This document shows positions 16,226 to 27,014 of a stretch of 64,000 nucleotides of DNA, piece by piece. The notes below the pieces were generated by a model. That model did no database searches and was not told the DNA's origin. It saw only the letters and a program-made list of their open reading frames with translations. Within the stretch, counting starts at the first letter, position 1. Every line of letters begins with the position of its first letter. Source of the DNA: an uncultured Bacteroidota bacterium (GTDB lineage: Bacteria > Bacteroidota > Bacteroidia > Bacteroidales > GCA-2748055); the NCBI GenBank assembly GCA_963793455.1, contig CAWCAK010000008.1, forward strand, positions 100,752 through 164,751, given 5' to 3'. Position numbers and translations under genes: made by a program.

Positions 16226-18620
16226 CCTGGGATTCTCCACCGGCCTCAAGGGTATAGAAATAGATCCCGGCTGCCATTCCTGCGGCATTAAATTGAACTG
16301 AGAAATGTCCCCCGGTATCGTGCCGGTTCTGATATACCGCAACCTGCTGGCCCAGTCCGTTGAATACCCTGATGGTAATATTACCTTCAACAGGTAATTG
16401 ATATTTGATGGTAGTAGAGGTGGTGAAGGGATTGGGATAATTCTGCCGAAGCTTGTATGATACCGGGAATATCTTCTCCGTATCGAACCACCTGAGAATA
16501 TGCTGGCTCATATACTCCACACGCTGGTTATTGAAATCCCTGATGTTCTCAAGCGAGGTTTCCCATCCACCCCTTACTTCCCCGATAAAAGGCCAGCGGT
16601 GTTTGTACTCCTGCATATACGGCCTGATCTCAGCAGCCATTTCATCAAGGATCCGGTTCATGCTGTCGGGCTGGAATTCATGGTTAAACCGTTCCACAAA
16701 CCAGTCGACAAATGCCTCACTGAATTCCCTGTTCTGGTAGATCCTGGCCAGTATGGGGTGTGGACCGTACCTCCCGAAATCGGGGATTTCCACACCTTTG
16801 ATAGCAGCCTCAAACATGTCAAACTGTGGCCCCAGCATGCTGTATTCAGGTCCCAGGCCGGCACCTACACCAAATCCGGTTTCCATGTCAAACTGTATCC
16901 ACCTCCACCTTCCATCTGAAACACGTGGCCGCCAGCTTGCATCGTTGTTGTTGGGCCAGTCCCACTTGCCAACATGGATGCAATGCCCCATGTATGTGAT
17001 GAAATTGTCAGTTTCCATCAGGGTCTTCAGGTAGTTATAGTTCTCCTCCTGGATCATATCATGTGTTTTGATGAAGGCCACCATGGTATTCCAGTGCGTA
17101 TCATCACCTTCATCGACCCAGGGATAGGGCTGTCCGTCCCTGAAGCCATGCTGCAGGATATCACACCCTGGATCCTCCCTGTCGATACCGTGATGGAACT
17201 GGTAGTACCAGGAGTTTTTGTTGGCCTCCCGCAGGGCATGAATGCCCCAGTACTCCCCGTTAATAAACAACACCACCGGCCGGTATGCCTGGATATCAAG
17301 GTCCTGTTCTGCCATGAGCCTGTGGGCATAGGCATCATTGAAAAGGGAACCGGTGATCAGGCTTCCCCAGGCCCGGATGATAAACCGCTTGAATTCCGTT
17401 AACTCTTTTGCAGATGAGGGATCATCCTCGAACAGGGGATAGCGGACCCGGTTCTTCCCGTATTCTCCACGGGCAATAACATGCAGTCCCTTTTGCGGAC
17501 TCGCCGGGGAGGAGCCCCCCTGGATGCTGATCCCCACTTCCTGTTCAAATCCCAGGATTCCCCCCGGCTCAAAGAATTCAATATGGGCAGGTTTTTCCCA
17601 ATCCATAAAATAGTTACCGGTTCCGGGATATCCCTGCCTGTGGTTTACCCCCGGAACATAGATGCCGGTTTGGTTGTCAAACAGGTTCCTGGAGTCGGAG
17701 TTGATTGAGATCACTGCCAGGGTGGGATACCTCTGGTTGATTGCCGGATCAACGAAATAGCTCCTGGTAATGATATCACTGGGCTGGTACCCCTCCCTGA
17801 ATGCCCGGGCCCTGATTACAGTCGCTTTGAACACCTCCCCTGCAGGAGGTACCCAGTCCGGCAGCCAGTGAAAAGGATCCAGGTTGGTCCGGATCTCCGA
17901 GAAGATATTCGGGTCACCTGCCCTTGACTTCACCTGGATGGTCCCGGAATACAGGGGGGATGATTCTGTTGGCTCATCCCCGTTGGTGGTGTACCTGATG
18001 GCTGCAAGGGTATCATCGCTCTTCATCTCAAGGATCTGGTCACTGGTATAGAAACCAGCGGGCAGCAGCAGCTCCGGACTATTGAGCTTCAGGTAGGCTT
18101 CCCCTGAATTCGACACCCCCGGGGTGGGCTTGTCAAAACGGTACCACAGGGGTCCGCCATCGGGCTGCCTGCCGTAGGAGATATCCTCCTGCTGGGATTC
18201 GAAAACCACGGAATCGAGCCGCTGATTCTCCGGGTCATAAATGGCAATCTCCTCACCTTCCATGCTGAGTTTGAAACTGGTATGGCAGAAATTCAAGACA
18301 GTATCCCTGCCATCGGCCCAGACAACCAGAAACCTGCCGGGTGGCAGCATCACTCCTTGTGGGAATTGCCATTTTTGGGGGTCATCCATGTTGTCGGTCA
18401 GGAAATATCCCCCCAGGTCAAGGGTGTCACTTTCCGGATTATAAAGTTCGATCCAGTCCACATTATCCTGGAAATCCGGATCAAAGTTTACGGAAGTATT
18501 GGATGCCAGGAGTTCGTTGATGACCACACCCTGCGACTGTAACGGTATCAAATCACACAGGAGTACCAGGATAACTGCAAGGGCATATTTTGCTGTAGCT
18601 GACAACCAGTTGGCTTTCAT
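16191..18620 (-). CDS. CotH-family protein with N-terminal lamin-tail-like domain and T9SS C-terminal sorting domain
   Basis: Signal peptide. LTD-like VVINELLASN...DWIELYNP. Large CotH-like core. C-terminus NYPNPFTTSTTIKYQLP...GIYFYTLEAGGESQVRKMLVLK is typical of Por/T9SS CTDs. Confidence 0.75.
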   Translation of the reverse strand: MKANWLSATAKYALAVILVLLCDLIPLQSQGVVINELLASNTSVNFDPDFQDNVDWIELYNPESDTLDLGGYFLTDNMDDPQKWQFPQGVMLPPGRFLVVWADGRDTVLNFCHTSFKLSMEGEEIAIYDPENQRLDSVVFESQQEDISYGRQPDGGPLWYRFDKPTPGVSNSGEAYLKLNSPELLLPAGFYTSDQILEMKSDDTLAAIRYTTNGDEPTESSPLYSGTIQVKSRAGDPNIFSEIRTNLDPFHWLPDWVPPAGEVFKATVIRARAFREGYQPSDIITRSYFVDPAINQRYPTLAVISINSDSRNLFDNQTGIYVPGVNHRQGYPGTGNYFMDWEKPAHIEFFEPGGILGFEQEVGISIQGGSSPASPQKGLHVIARGEYGKNRVRYPLFEDDPSSAKELTEFKRFIIRAWGSLITGSLFNDAYAHRLMAEQDLDIQAYRPVVLFINGEYWGIHALREANKNSWYYQFHHGIDREDPGCDILQHGFRDGQPYPWVDEGDDTHWNTMVAFIKTHDMIQEENYNYLKTLMETDNFITYMGHCIHVGKWDWPNNNDASWRPRVSDGRWRWIQFDMETGFGVGAGLGPEYSMLGPQFDMFEAAIKGVEIPDFGRYGPHPILARIYQNREFSEAFVDWFVERFNHEFQPDSMNRILDEMAAEIRPYMQEYKHRWPFIGEVRGGWETSLENIRDFNNQRVEYMSQHILRWFDTEKIFPVSYKLRQNYPNPFTTSTTIKYQLPVEGNITIRVFNGLGQQVAVYQNRHDTGGHFSVQFNAAGMAAGIYFYTLEAGGESQVRKMLVLKQPG

Positions 18621-18705
18621 GAGTTATCTCAACGATAGTCAAAGGTATGAATCGTAACCCATAAATTATTAACTTCATCGGACATCACTCATATCCTGTA
18701 CCGGT

Positions 18706-20106
18706 ATGCGATCACTCTGGATAATTTTACTTGGCTTGCTGCTATGGTCCTGCAACAAACTGGCGGATCCTCCGAACATCATTCTGATTGTGGTGGATGA
18801 CCTGGGGTATTCAGACCTGCATTGTTACGGGAATGAACTGGTTGAAACACCATACATTGACAGGCTGGCCTCGGGGGGGATCCGTTTCACGCAGGCCTAT
18901 GCCTCCTGCCCTGTATGCTCACCCACCCGTGCAGCGATCCTCACAGGTAAAAATCCTGCTGCACTGAACCTGACCGACTGGATCCCCGGGCACCAGGCAT
19001 CCCGGGGCCCCAAAACCACGGAGAGGTTCCTGGTCCCTGCCTTCAACCAGGAGCTTCCGCACATAGAAACAACCATCGCGGAAGAACTGAAAGAAGCCGG
19101 ATATGTTTCCGCTTCCATCGGGAAATGGCACCTGGGCGGAAAGGGATTCCTGCCCACCGACCAGGGTTTTGACCTGAACATTGCGGGCCACCACAAAGGG
19201 AGCCCTCCCTCTTACTACTATCCTTACGTTTCCGGGAAAAGACCGGAAGGGATCCCTTATCTTGGGCTCGCCGGCGACAGCCTGTACCTCACCAACCGGC
19301 TGACCAACGAGGCCATTGGATTCATCCGGCAGCACAGGGAAAATCCGTTCTTCCTTTACCTTCCATATTATAACGTTCACACCCCGCTCCAGGGACGCCC
19401 CGACCTGGTCAAGAAATATGAAGCGAAACTGGCCGGCCATCAGACCGACACCATTCTCCGCAATCCGGAATTCCTGGCCATGACCGAGGCTGTAGATGAC
19501 AACATTGGCAGGATCATGGGGTGTCTAAAAGAGGAGGAGCTCGAGGAGAATACGCTGGTGATCTTCACCTCGGATAACGGGGGACTATACCGCCGGGATG
19601 GAAGGAATATCCGGGCATCCTGGAATTACCCCCTCCGGGCAGGAAAAGGGACCCTCTATGAAGGAGGGCTCAGGATACCCGCCATTGTCCGCTGGCCCGG
19701 GAGGATACAACCGGACAGGGTATCGGATGAGGTTATTATCAGCACCGATCTATTCCCTACCCTGACGGAACTCACCGGGCTCTCTTTCGAACATGAAATT
19801 GAAGGTGTCAGCCTGCTTCCCCATCTGTTCAAAGGGGATCCCATCGACCGCGAAACCCTCTGCTGGCACTACCCCCATTACCACATTGGCATGCCCGGTG
19901 CGGCCATCAGGGACGGAGATTTCAAACTGATCGAGTATTATGAAACCGGAGAACTGGAGTTGTACAACCTGGCAAAGGATACCGGTGAAACAGCAGACCT
20001 GTCAGACACTGCCCCGGAAAAAACTGCAGAACTGCTCCGGAAGCTTGAAGCATGGCGGGTGGGAAACGGTGCAAGGATGCCTTCCATAAATCCCGCATAT
20101 GAGTGA
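18706..20106 (+). CDS. Sulfatase (arylsulfatase A family)
   Basis: Signal/lipoprotein start, VVDDLGYSD, formylglycine motif [27 protein letters not shown]. Confidence 0.9.
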   Translation: MRSLWIILLGLLLWSCNKLADPPNIILIVVDDLGYSDLHCYGNELVETPYIDRLASGGIRFTQAYASCPVCSPTRAAILTGKNPAALNLTDWIPGHQASRGPKTTERFLVPAFNQELPHIETTIAEELKEAGYVSASIGKWHLGGKGFLPTDQGFDLNIAGHHKGSPPSYYYPYVSGKRPEGIPYLGLAGDSLYLTNRLTNEAIGFIRQHRENPFFLYLPYYNVHTPLQGRPDLVKKYEAKLAGHQTDTILRNPEFLAMTEAVDDNIGRIMGCLKEEELEENTLVIFTSDNGGLYRRDGRNIRASWNYPLRAGKGTLYEGGLRIPAIVRWPGRIQPDRVSDEVIISTDLFPTLTELTGLSFEHEIEGVSLLPHLFKGDPIDRETLCWHYPHYHIGMPGAAIRDGDFKLIEYYETGELELYNLAKDTGETADLSDTAPEKTAELLRKLEAWRVGNGARMPSINPAYE

Positions 20107-21073
20107 TACAAGCAACCTTAAAGTCGGCATTGCCCAGATCGCACCGGTCTGGCTGGACAAGGAAAAAACCCTGGAGAAGATCAACAGGTATATGGAAGAA
20201 GCCGGTTCTTTGAACTGCGACCTGGTGGTGTTCGGGGAGGCCCTGCTACCAGGATACCCATTCTGGCTGGGACTTACACATGGTGCAGTGTTCAATTCGA
20301 AAATGCAAAAAGAGATCCATGCCCATTATGCCCGGAATGCGGTTGTGCCGGAAACCGGGGAGCTGGATATGCTGTGCGAAACAGCCAGGAAGCACCACAT
20401 GGCAACCTATGTGGGGACCATCGAACGGGCACGGAACAGGGGCGGTCACAGCCTCGACTGCTCCCTGGTCTATATCGACAGGGAGGGGGTGATCCGGTCG
20501 GTGCACAGGAAGCTCCAGCCCACCTACGAGGAGCGGCTCACCTGGTCGCCGGGTGACGGGAACGGCCTGCAGGTACACTCCCTGGGTGAATTTACTGTCG
20601 GCGGACTTAACTGCTGGGAGAACTGGATGCCCCTGCCCAGGGCAGCATTGTATGGCCAGGGGGAGGACCTTCATGTGGCGGTCTGGCCCGGATCCAGGAG
20701 GAATACCGATGACATTACCCGGTTTATTGCCAAAGAGTCCCGGTCATACGTTGTTTCGGTATCGGGACTGATGACCACTTCGGATATTCCCGCCGGAACA
20801 CCCTACCGGGATGAAATGGTTCAACAGGCGGCTGATCCGCTGACCGATGGCGGATCCTGTGTGGCAGGACCTGATGGCGAATGGATCCTGGAACCTGTAG
20901 TTGAAAAGGAGGGCCTCTTTACAGCGGAGATCGATTACAACAGGGTGCTGGAGGAGCGGCAGAATTTTGATCCTTCAGGACACTATTCCCGGCCCGATGT
21001 AACCCGGCTTACGGTCAGCCGGGAAAGACAATCTGTTTTGAAGATTGAAGAAGCCGAGGAAGATAAAGATTGA
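20099..21073 (+). CDS. Nitrilase / carbon-nitrogen hydrolase family protein
   Basis: Glu-Lys-Cys triad contexts VVFGEA, HRKLQPT, GGLNCWENWMP. Confidence 0.85.
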   Translation: MSDTSNLKVGIAQIAPVWLDKEKTLEKINRYMEEAGSLNCDLVVFGEALLPGYPFWLGLTHGAVFNSKMQKEIHAHYARNAVVPETGELDMLCETARKHHMATYVGTIERARNRGGHSLDCSLVYIDREGVIRSVHRKLQPTYEERLTWSPGDGNGLQVHSLGEFTVGGLNCWENWMPLPRAALYGQGEDLHVAVWPGSRRNTDDITRFIAKESRSYVVSVSGLMTTSDIPAGTPYRDEMVQQAADPLTDGGSCVAGPDGEWILEPVVEKEGLFTAEIDYNRVLEERQNFDPSGHYSRPDVTRLTVSRERQSVLKIEEAEEDKD

Positions 21074-21144
21074 ATAATCTGTGAACTTTTCTTATCTTCA
21101 TTTGTTCTTAAATAGGAGTTATTCTTATTTGAGATTATTTCTTT

Positions 21145-21582
21145 ATGAAAATCACAGCCGAACAGATCAACCGGAAACTGAAGGTGGCCGGATTGAAAGT
21201 GACCCCCCAGAGGCAGGCCATCCTGGAAGCTGTGCATGAACTGGGTAACCACCCCACAGCCGAGAACATCATCCAGTACATCAGGGACACCCATCCCAAT
21301 ATTGCCACCGGGACCGTCTACAATGTGCTGGACGTCCTGGTGGAGAGCGGACTGGTGAAAAGGGTGAAAACCGATAAGGATGCCATGCGGCATGACGGTA
21401 TCCTGGAAAACCACCACCACCTCTACTGTGCTGAGTCTGAAAGGATCGAAGATTACTTCGATGAAGAGCTGGACGGGTTGCTGAAGGAATATTTCAGGAA
21501 AAAGGGCATCTCTAATTTCGAGATTGAGGATATTATTCTCCAGATCAAGGGACAATTCAAAGACAATAAATCATCAGCATGA
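21145..21582 (+). CDS. Fur-family transcriptional regulator (PerR-like by context)
   Basis: Fur-type wHTH (TPQRQAILEAVHELGNHPTAENI) and a metal site HHHLYC. Immediately upstream of a peroxiredoxin gene. Confidence 0.8.
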   Translation: MKITAEQINRKLKVAGLKVTPQRQAILEAVHELGNHPTAENIIQYIRDTHPNIATGTVYNVLDVLVESGLVKRVKTDKDAMRHDGILENHHHLYCAESERIEDYFDEELDGLLKEYFRKKGISNFEIEDIILQIKGQFKDNKSSA

Positions 21583-21615
21583 GGAGAAAAGTTAAACATT
21601 AAAACCACATTTAAA

Positions 21616-22329
21616 ATGGAAGAATCAGTACAAGCAGTATCAATGCCGAGGATCGGGGACAAAGCTCCTGAATTTACGGCAAAAACCACCCAGGGTGTGA
21701 TCAATTACCCATCAGATTATAAGGGAAGCTGGACTATCTTGTTCAGTCACCCGGCAGACTTCACGCCGGTATGCACCACCGAGTTCATGACCTTCGCCTC
21801 ACTGGAGGAAAAATTCAACCAGACCAATTGTAAACTGGTTGGACTTTCGGTGGACGGCCTTTACAGCCACATCGCCTGGCTCCGCAGGATCAAGGAGAAG
21901 ATGGTATTCAAGGGAATGAAAGATGTGGAAGTAAAATTTCCACTCATCGAGGATATTACCATGGAGGTGGCCAAACTCTACGGAATGATCCAGCCCAATG
22001 AGGACACCACCAAGGCTGTCAGGGCCGTGTTCTTCGTGGATCCTGAAGGTGTAATCCGTGCAATTATCTATTATCCACTGAGCATCGGGCGTAACTTCGA
22101 TGAGCTGTACAGGGTACTTGTGGCCCTTCAGACCACCGATGCATTCAATTGTGCCGCCCCGGCTGACTGGCGCCCGGGTGATGATGTGATCGTTCCTCCT
22201 GCCGGATCGTGCGGCACTGCCGAAGACCGCATGGAAGGAAAGGAAAAGGGTGTTGATTGTGTGGACTGGTTCTTCTGCACCAAGAAATTGGATGAAGATA
22301 CTGTCTGGAAGACTGTTTTGAAAAAGTAG
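21616..22329 (+). CDS. Peroxiredoxin (1-Cys/Prx6-like)
   Basis: Peroxidatic motif HPADFTPVCTTE, then SVDGLYSHIAW. Length 237 aa. Confidence 0.9.
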   Translation: MEESVQAVSMPRIGDKAPEFTAKTTQGVINYPSDYKGSWTILFSHPADFTPVCTTEFMTFASLEEKFNQTNCKLVGLSVDGLYSHIAWLRRIKEKMVFKGMKDVEVKFPLIEDITMEVAKLYGMIQPNEDTTKAVRAVFFVDPEGVIRAIIYYPLSIGRNFDELYRVLVALQTTDAFNCAAPADWRPGDDVIVPPAGSCGTAEDRMEGKEKGVDCVDWFFCTKKLDEDTVWKTVLKK

Positions 22330-22353
22330 GATACCCTGAAATCCGCAATGAAG

Positions 22354-22390
22354 ATGAGGCTGTTTCCACCGGGGACAGCCTCATTGTTTT
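22354..22390. terminator. Hairpin terminator between convergent prx and sigma genes
   Basis: ATGAGGCTGT (22354-22363) pairs with ACAGCCTCAT (22375-22384), followed by TGTTTT. Confidence 0.5.
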
Positions 22391-22396
22391 GACGGG

Positions 22397-22975
22397 CTAT
22401 TCATCGAACATGGCCTGGTAATCGGAATCTTCCTTGATCTTGTTCACCAGGAATTCCTTGCAGAAATGCCTGCGCTTGCGTACGTATCCCTCGCTTCTGA
22501 ATCCCAGCTGTTTAGCTATCTCCCTTGAAGAGATATCCTGGGCGGTCAGGCGGAGGATTTTTTGACAGTCCTCCGGGATCTTCACCAGTGTCCTCTGGTA
22601 AATGGCCATTCTCAGGTCTTTGTCCTGTACCGGGGAGGGTTCCTCAAACTCGATTCGCTCCTCCATATCCCTGTTGAGGGGATCGATCTCGATCTTCTTG
22701 ATATTCCTCAGGTGTTTCAGCCACAACAGTCGGGAAATGGAGTACATGTAAGTATTGAAAGCTGAGGTAAGCTCAAAATCCGGCTCATCTTTCAATTTCT
22801 TGAAAATTACGATCAGTGCTTCCTGGAAAATATCCTCGGCATCGTTGTCCGATCCGGCGTTGTGAAGGACCAGCTGCCTGACCTGGTTGAAGGAGTTTTT
22901 ATAGATGTACTGCAGAACACGGTTGTCACGTTTTCTGAGACCTGTAACTATTTCTTCATCCGTCAGCCTTTTCAC
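22397..22975 (-). CDS. RNA polymerase sigma-70 family factor (ECF-like)
   Basis: Region 2 DAEDIFQEALIVIFKKL. Region 4 LTAQDISSREIAKQLGFRSEGYVRKRRHFCKEFL. Confidence 0.8.
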   Translation of the reverse strand: MKRLTDEEIVTGLRKRDNRVLQYIYKNSFNQVRQLVLHNAGSDNDAEDIFQEALIVIFKKLKDEPDFELTSAFNTYMYSISRLLWLKHLRNIKKIEIDPLNRDMEERIEFEEPSPVQDKDLRMAIYQRTLVKIPEDCQKILRLTAQDISSREIAKQLGFRSEGYVRKRRHFCKEFLVNKIKEDSDYQAMFDE

Positions 22976-23060
22976 TGGAAGAGGTTGGATTTTGCTGAAT
23001 CACAAATATAAACATTAAGTAATTCGCTGGATGAGCATACGAAATAAAAAAAGAAAGGTT

Positions 23061-24335
23061 CTAACGCCCGGTATGTCTGCCGATCATCTCATTGATGGCC
23101 TTGCTGCAAACTGGACAGAAAACAGCGTCATTGCTGTGCATCCGGCAATCGATCATGGGCCTGAACACCCCTTTCGACACGTAACCACCTCCTTCATAAA
23201 CACCTACCTTTTTAATGTACCCGTCATCGGGGGGAGTGGGAACCGGGATGCCCTTTTCAATCATTCCCTTCCATTTGGAGTCAAAATCCACCAGGGTGGT
23301 CAGGTTGGGATTCCACGGCTCAGCCTCCAGGTTAAAAAAATCGTTGTATGCCACTTCCGAATTGTAGTATTCATCGGCGAGACCGGCAAATGCGTGCCCG
23401 AACTCATGGATGACCACTGCCCGTGATTCCAGGTTGTCGGCAGCAGAGATGCTGTAGAAGTTATAGATACCGCCTCCCCCGTACTTGTCCGTGTTCACAA
23501 GGATATAGACCTGGTCATAATGGGCATTGGACGCCACATCGCAAACCTCCCTGAAATCGGGAGTAGTCATGTAACGCTCGATCCCGAAGGTGTAGAAGGA
23601 TGAATGCAATGCTGTGCTTTTCCAGGTTCCTTCACCCGGAATATCTGTCCCGGAATCGTCACTCACCGATTTGACGGCCCTGATGTTGAATGCTTTCCGG
23701 TTGCTCTTGAACGGCTCCTCAGAGAAGATGTATTCCGTGGAGCGCTTCACATCTTCCATAAACTTACCCATCTCCTCCCGGGTATATCCCTCTGCCAGGA
23801 ACAGGATGTCCACACTGGTCTCGGGGGGACCGTTGATCTCAAGGTCGGCCGTTTCGAAAGGAGACGGATTCACCGGATCCGCGTAGATCGTCGCAGGGTC
23901 GAATATGCCGGACCACGAGCGCCTGAAGGTACCGGAATCATCCCGGTCATAAATTTCAGCTTTCACCGCCTTCCTGGGCCAGGGGAAACGGATCACATGG
24001 CTGAACGCCCGCCTGATACTCTCAGCTTCTGTGGTGGTCTGCCACTCCCTGAACAGGGTGCAGTAAGTATGGCTGTATATAAGGGTCCCCGATTCAGCAT
24101 CAAGTACCTGTAGTTTGTGGTCCCCGTAATCGAACGGATCGATCAGCCGCTCCCTGTTGCCGCTGTAAAATGGTTCCTTCCTGATCTTTTCCAGGGCATA
24201 GCCTGTCTCCCCTGCCGTCCCGGAAAATACCAGGTCAGCCCGCATGACCCCCTCTTCAAACCAATCCCCAAAGGACTGGGGGAATGCAGCCGCTGCAACC
24301 ACCAGGAGAACGAACAACCAGGTAAGTTTTTTCAT
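23061..24335 (-). CDS. M64-family (IgA peptidase-like) zinc metallopeptidase
   Basis: Signal peptide MKKLTWLFVLLVVAAAAFP (ATG 24335). Zinc motif VIHEFGHAFAGLADEY. Confidence 0.8.
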   Translation of the reverse strand: MKKLTWLFVLLVVAAAAFPQSFGDWFEEGVMRADLVFSGTAGETGYALEKIRKEPFYSGNRERLIDPFDYGDHKLQVLDAESGTLIYSHTYCTLFREWQTTTEAESIRRAFSHVIRFPWPRKAVKAEIYDRDDSGTFRRSWSGIFDPATIYADPVNPSPFETADLEINGPPETSVDILFLAEGYTREEMGKFMEDVKRSTEYIFSEEPFKSNRKAFNIRAVKSVSDDSGTDIPGEGTWKSTALHSSFYTFGIERYMTTPDFREVCDVASNAHYDQVYILVNTDKYGGGGIYNFYSISAADNLESRAVVIHEFGHAFAGLADEYYNSEVAYNDFFNLEAEPWNPNLTTLVDFDSKWKGMIEKGIPVPTPPDDGYIKKVGVYEGGGYVSKGVFRPMIDCRMHSNDAVFCPVCSKAINEMIGRHTGR

Positions 24336-24410
24336 TGAGATCGCATTATGCTCCAACTTCAGTATATTTAGGATCAAATCTAAATGTAAATAATAACAAA
24401 ACCATACCCC

Positions 24411-25664
24411 ATGATTGAAAGATGGATATCGTGGTACCAGGGTGTGCTTTCCGGCTCAGGAATGTCGGATAACCTGGTCATTATAGTTGAAAACGCAACA
24501 GTGATCCTGGTCACCATCGGCCTGGCCCTCCTGGCTGACTTTGTGGTGAAGAAGATCATTGTAGCCACCATCAGGCGCCTTGTACGGCGGTCGAAGAATA
24601 CCTGGGATGACGTATTTGTAGAGCGCAGGGTTTTTACCCGGCTGGCCCACCTGGCTCCTGCCCTGATCGTTTACTATGCACTTCAGTACATTTTTGATGC
24701 GGAAAAGCTCGTCAATTTCCTGGAGAACATGACCCAGTCCTACATGGTACTGGTAGTCATGCTGGTGATTGATGCTCTCATCGACGCCCTCCATGAGATT
24801 TACCACAAGCTCCCTGTATCCAAAGGACGGAACATCAAAGCCTTTGTCCAGGTGGTCAAAATCATTTTCTATTTTGTCGCCATCATCCTGATCATCTCCA
24901 TCTTCAGCGGTGCGGCTCCCAAAGCACTTCTGACCAGCCTCGGGGCCCTGACAGCCGTTTTGATGTTTGTCTTCAAAGACACCATACTCGGATTTGTGGC
25001 AAGTATTCAGCTGTCATCCAATAATATGGTCAATGTTGGCGACTGGATCGCCATGCCACAATACAACGCCGACGGGAACGTGGTCGACATCAACCTGACC
25101 TCTGTGAAGGTCCAGAACTGGGACAAAACCATTGCCTCCATCCCAACCTATGCCCTTGTTTCCGATGCATTCAACAACTGGAAGGGCATGGAGGAATCGG
25201 GGGGACGAAGGATCAAACGTTCCCTCAACATCGATATGAAAAGTATCACATTCCTGGATGGCGGCCAGATAGAGAAATTCAGGAAGTACCACCTCCTGTC
25301 GGAGTATATTGCCCGGAAAGAGAAAGAGATTGCCGAATTCAACAAATCCCTGGACCTGGATGACACCATTGTGACCAACGGGCGGCGGATGACAAACCTG
25401 GGCACATTCCGGGTTTATCTGGAAAATTACCTGCACAACCACCCCAAGATCCACGATGATATGACCTTCCTGGTAAGGCACCTGCAGCCCACTGAAAAAG
25501 GAATCCCATTGGAGATCTACGTGTTCAGCAATGACCAGGCGTGGGCAAATTATGAAAACATCCAGGCCGACATTTTCGACCACATCCTGGCCATCATGCC
25601 CGAATTCGGTCTCCGGGTATTCCAGAATCCCACGGGGGATGACTTCAGGAAACTGACGGAGTAA
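24411..25664 (+). CDS. Mechanosensitive ion channel (MscS family)
   Basis: Several N-terminal TM helices plus the MscS beta-domain VGDWIAMPQYNADGNVVDINLTSVKVQNWDKTIASIP. Confidence 0.85.
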   Translation: MIERWISWYQGVLSGSGMSDNLVIIVENATVILVTIGLALLADFVVKKIIVATIRRLVRRSKNTWDDVFVERRVFTRLAHLAPALIVYYALQYIFDAEKLVNFLENMTQSYMVLVVMLVIDALIDALHEIYHKLPVSKGRNIKAFVQVVKIIFYFVAIILIISIFSGAAPKALLTSLGALTAVLMFVFKDTILGFVASIQLSSNNMVNVGDWIAMPQYNADGNVVDINLTSVKVQNWDKTIASIPTYALVSDAFNNWKGMEESGGRRIKRSLNIDMKSITFLDGGQIEKFRKYHLLSEYIARKEKEIAEFNKSLDLDDTIVTNGRRMTNLGTFRVYLENYLHNHPKIHDDMTFLVRHLQPTEKGIPLEIYVFSNDQAWANYENIQADIFDHILAIMPEFGLRVFQNPTGDDFRKLTE

Positions 25665-25755
25665 AGGATTCCTCTCACATTTGTATTTGACAGATTTCTG
25701 AGCACTATATGTTTAAAATCACATCATCTTATGTGTTGTTCTTTCAAATTGTAAT

Positions 25756-25763
25756 TACATTTG
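25756..25763 (+). promoter_or_regulatory. Candidate Bacteroidota -7 promoter box (TAnnTTTG)
   Basis: TACATTTG lies 38 nt upstream of the lrp-like ATG. Motif match only. Confidence 0.3.
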
Positions 25764-25800
25764 CTTTTTTAAGTTTCACTATCGCAGAAAGCAATACAAC

Positions 25801-26265
25801 ATGGAAGAGAGCCACAATATCGACGATCTGGATCGCAAGATACTCGCACTGATCACCAGGAACGCACGGATTCCCTACCTGGAGGTTGCCAGGGAGTGCA
25901 AGGTGTCAGGAGCAGCCATTCACCAGCGCATCCAGCGCCTCACCAAAATGGGTGTGATCACCGGTTCGGAATTTATGATCAGTCCCAAGAAGATTGGTTT
26001 CCACACCTGTGCCTACGTGGGAATTTTCCTGGATAGTGCCCACCTCTACCCCGATGTTGTGATCAAGCTGAAGGAGATCCCTGAGATCACCCAGTGCCAT
26101 TACATTACAGGTGGCTATTCCATCTTTATCAAGATATACACACGGGACAATGAAGACCTGAAACATTTGCTGGTGGACAAGGTACAGGCCATTCCCGGGG
26201 TGATGCGCACCGAAACTTTCATTTCCCTGGAGGAGAGCTTTAACAGGCAATTGCCCCTGGAGTAG
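25801..26265 (+). CDS. Lrp/AsnC-family transcriptional regulator
   Basis: HTH LDRKILALITRNARIPYLEVARECKVSGAAIHQRIQRL followed by an AsnC-type ligand domain. Confidence 0.9.
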   Translation: MEESHNIDDLDRKILALITRNARIPYLEVARECKVSGAAIHQRIQRLTKMGVITGSEFMISPKKIGFHTCAYVGIFLDSAHLYPDVVIKLKEIPEITQCHYITGGYSIFIKIYTRDNEDLKHLLVDKVQAIPGVMRTETFISLEESFNRQLPLE

Positions 26266-26269
26266 AAAG

Positions 26270-27010
26270 CTAGGTGTTGCGCTGCCTGATCACTTCGAAG
26301 AGCATGATCCCTGCAGCCACCGACACATTCAGGGAAGCAATGTTTCCTTTCATGGGGATGGATACCCAATGATCCGATACCTTCAGCAGTGCATTGGAGA
26401 TCCCCCGCTCCTCGGACCCCATGATGATCGCTGCCGGCCCAGTCAGGTCTGACCCGAACAGGTCCGTCTCGGCCTTTTCAGTGGCTGCAAAAATCCTGAG
26501 TCCGCTATCACGGAGATACTTCAGGGTTTTGACCAGGTCCTTCTGCCTGCATACCGGGATCCGGTGAAGGGCTCCTGCCGAGGTTTTGATGGCGTCAGCA
26601 TTGATGGCGGCACTTCCTGCAACAGGTACCAGTATGGCATGCACTCCTGCACACTCGGCACTCCGGGCAATGGCCCCGAAATTCCTCACATCGGATACAC
26701 CGTCCAGTATCAGGACCAGCGGGTCTTGGCCAGACTCAAACACAGTGGGAAGTACCAACTCAATTTCACTGTAGGTGATCTGAGAAAGCCAGGCGATCAC
26801 CCCCTGGTGGTTCTTCCTGGTGACCCGGTTGAGTTTCTCCACCGGCACCTGCTGAACCGGGATATCCGCCCTGTGGAAATCGGCCATCAGTTGCCTGAAC
26901 AGGTCTGAACCGGCGCCGCGCCGCACCAGTACCTTGTCAATGTCCCTGCCTGCATTCAGGGCCTCCCTGACTGCGTGTATTCCGAATATGAATTGTTCTT
27001 CCCTGGCCAT
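26270..27010 (-). CDS. rlmB: 23S rRNA (guanosine-2'-O)-methyltransferase RlmB (SpoU/TrmH family)
   Basis: LILDGVSDVRNFGAIARSAECAGVHAILV, IIMGSEERGIS, IPMKGNIASLNVSVAAGIMLFE. Confidence 0.85.
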   Translation of the reverse strand: MAREEQFIFGIHAVREALNAGRDIDKVLVRRGAGSDLFRQLMADFHRADIPVQQVPVEKLNRVTRKNHQGVIAWLSQITYSEIELVLPTVFESGQDPLVLILDGVSDVRNFGAIARSAECAGVHAILVPVAGSAAINADAIKTSAGALHRIPVCRQKDLVKTLKYLRDSGLRIFAATEKAETDLFGSDLTGPAAIIMGSEERGISNALLKVSDHWVSIPMKGNIASLNVSVAAGIMLFEVIRQRNT

Positions 27011-27014
27011 GTTT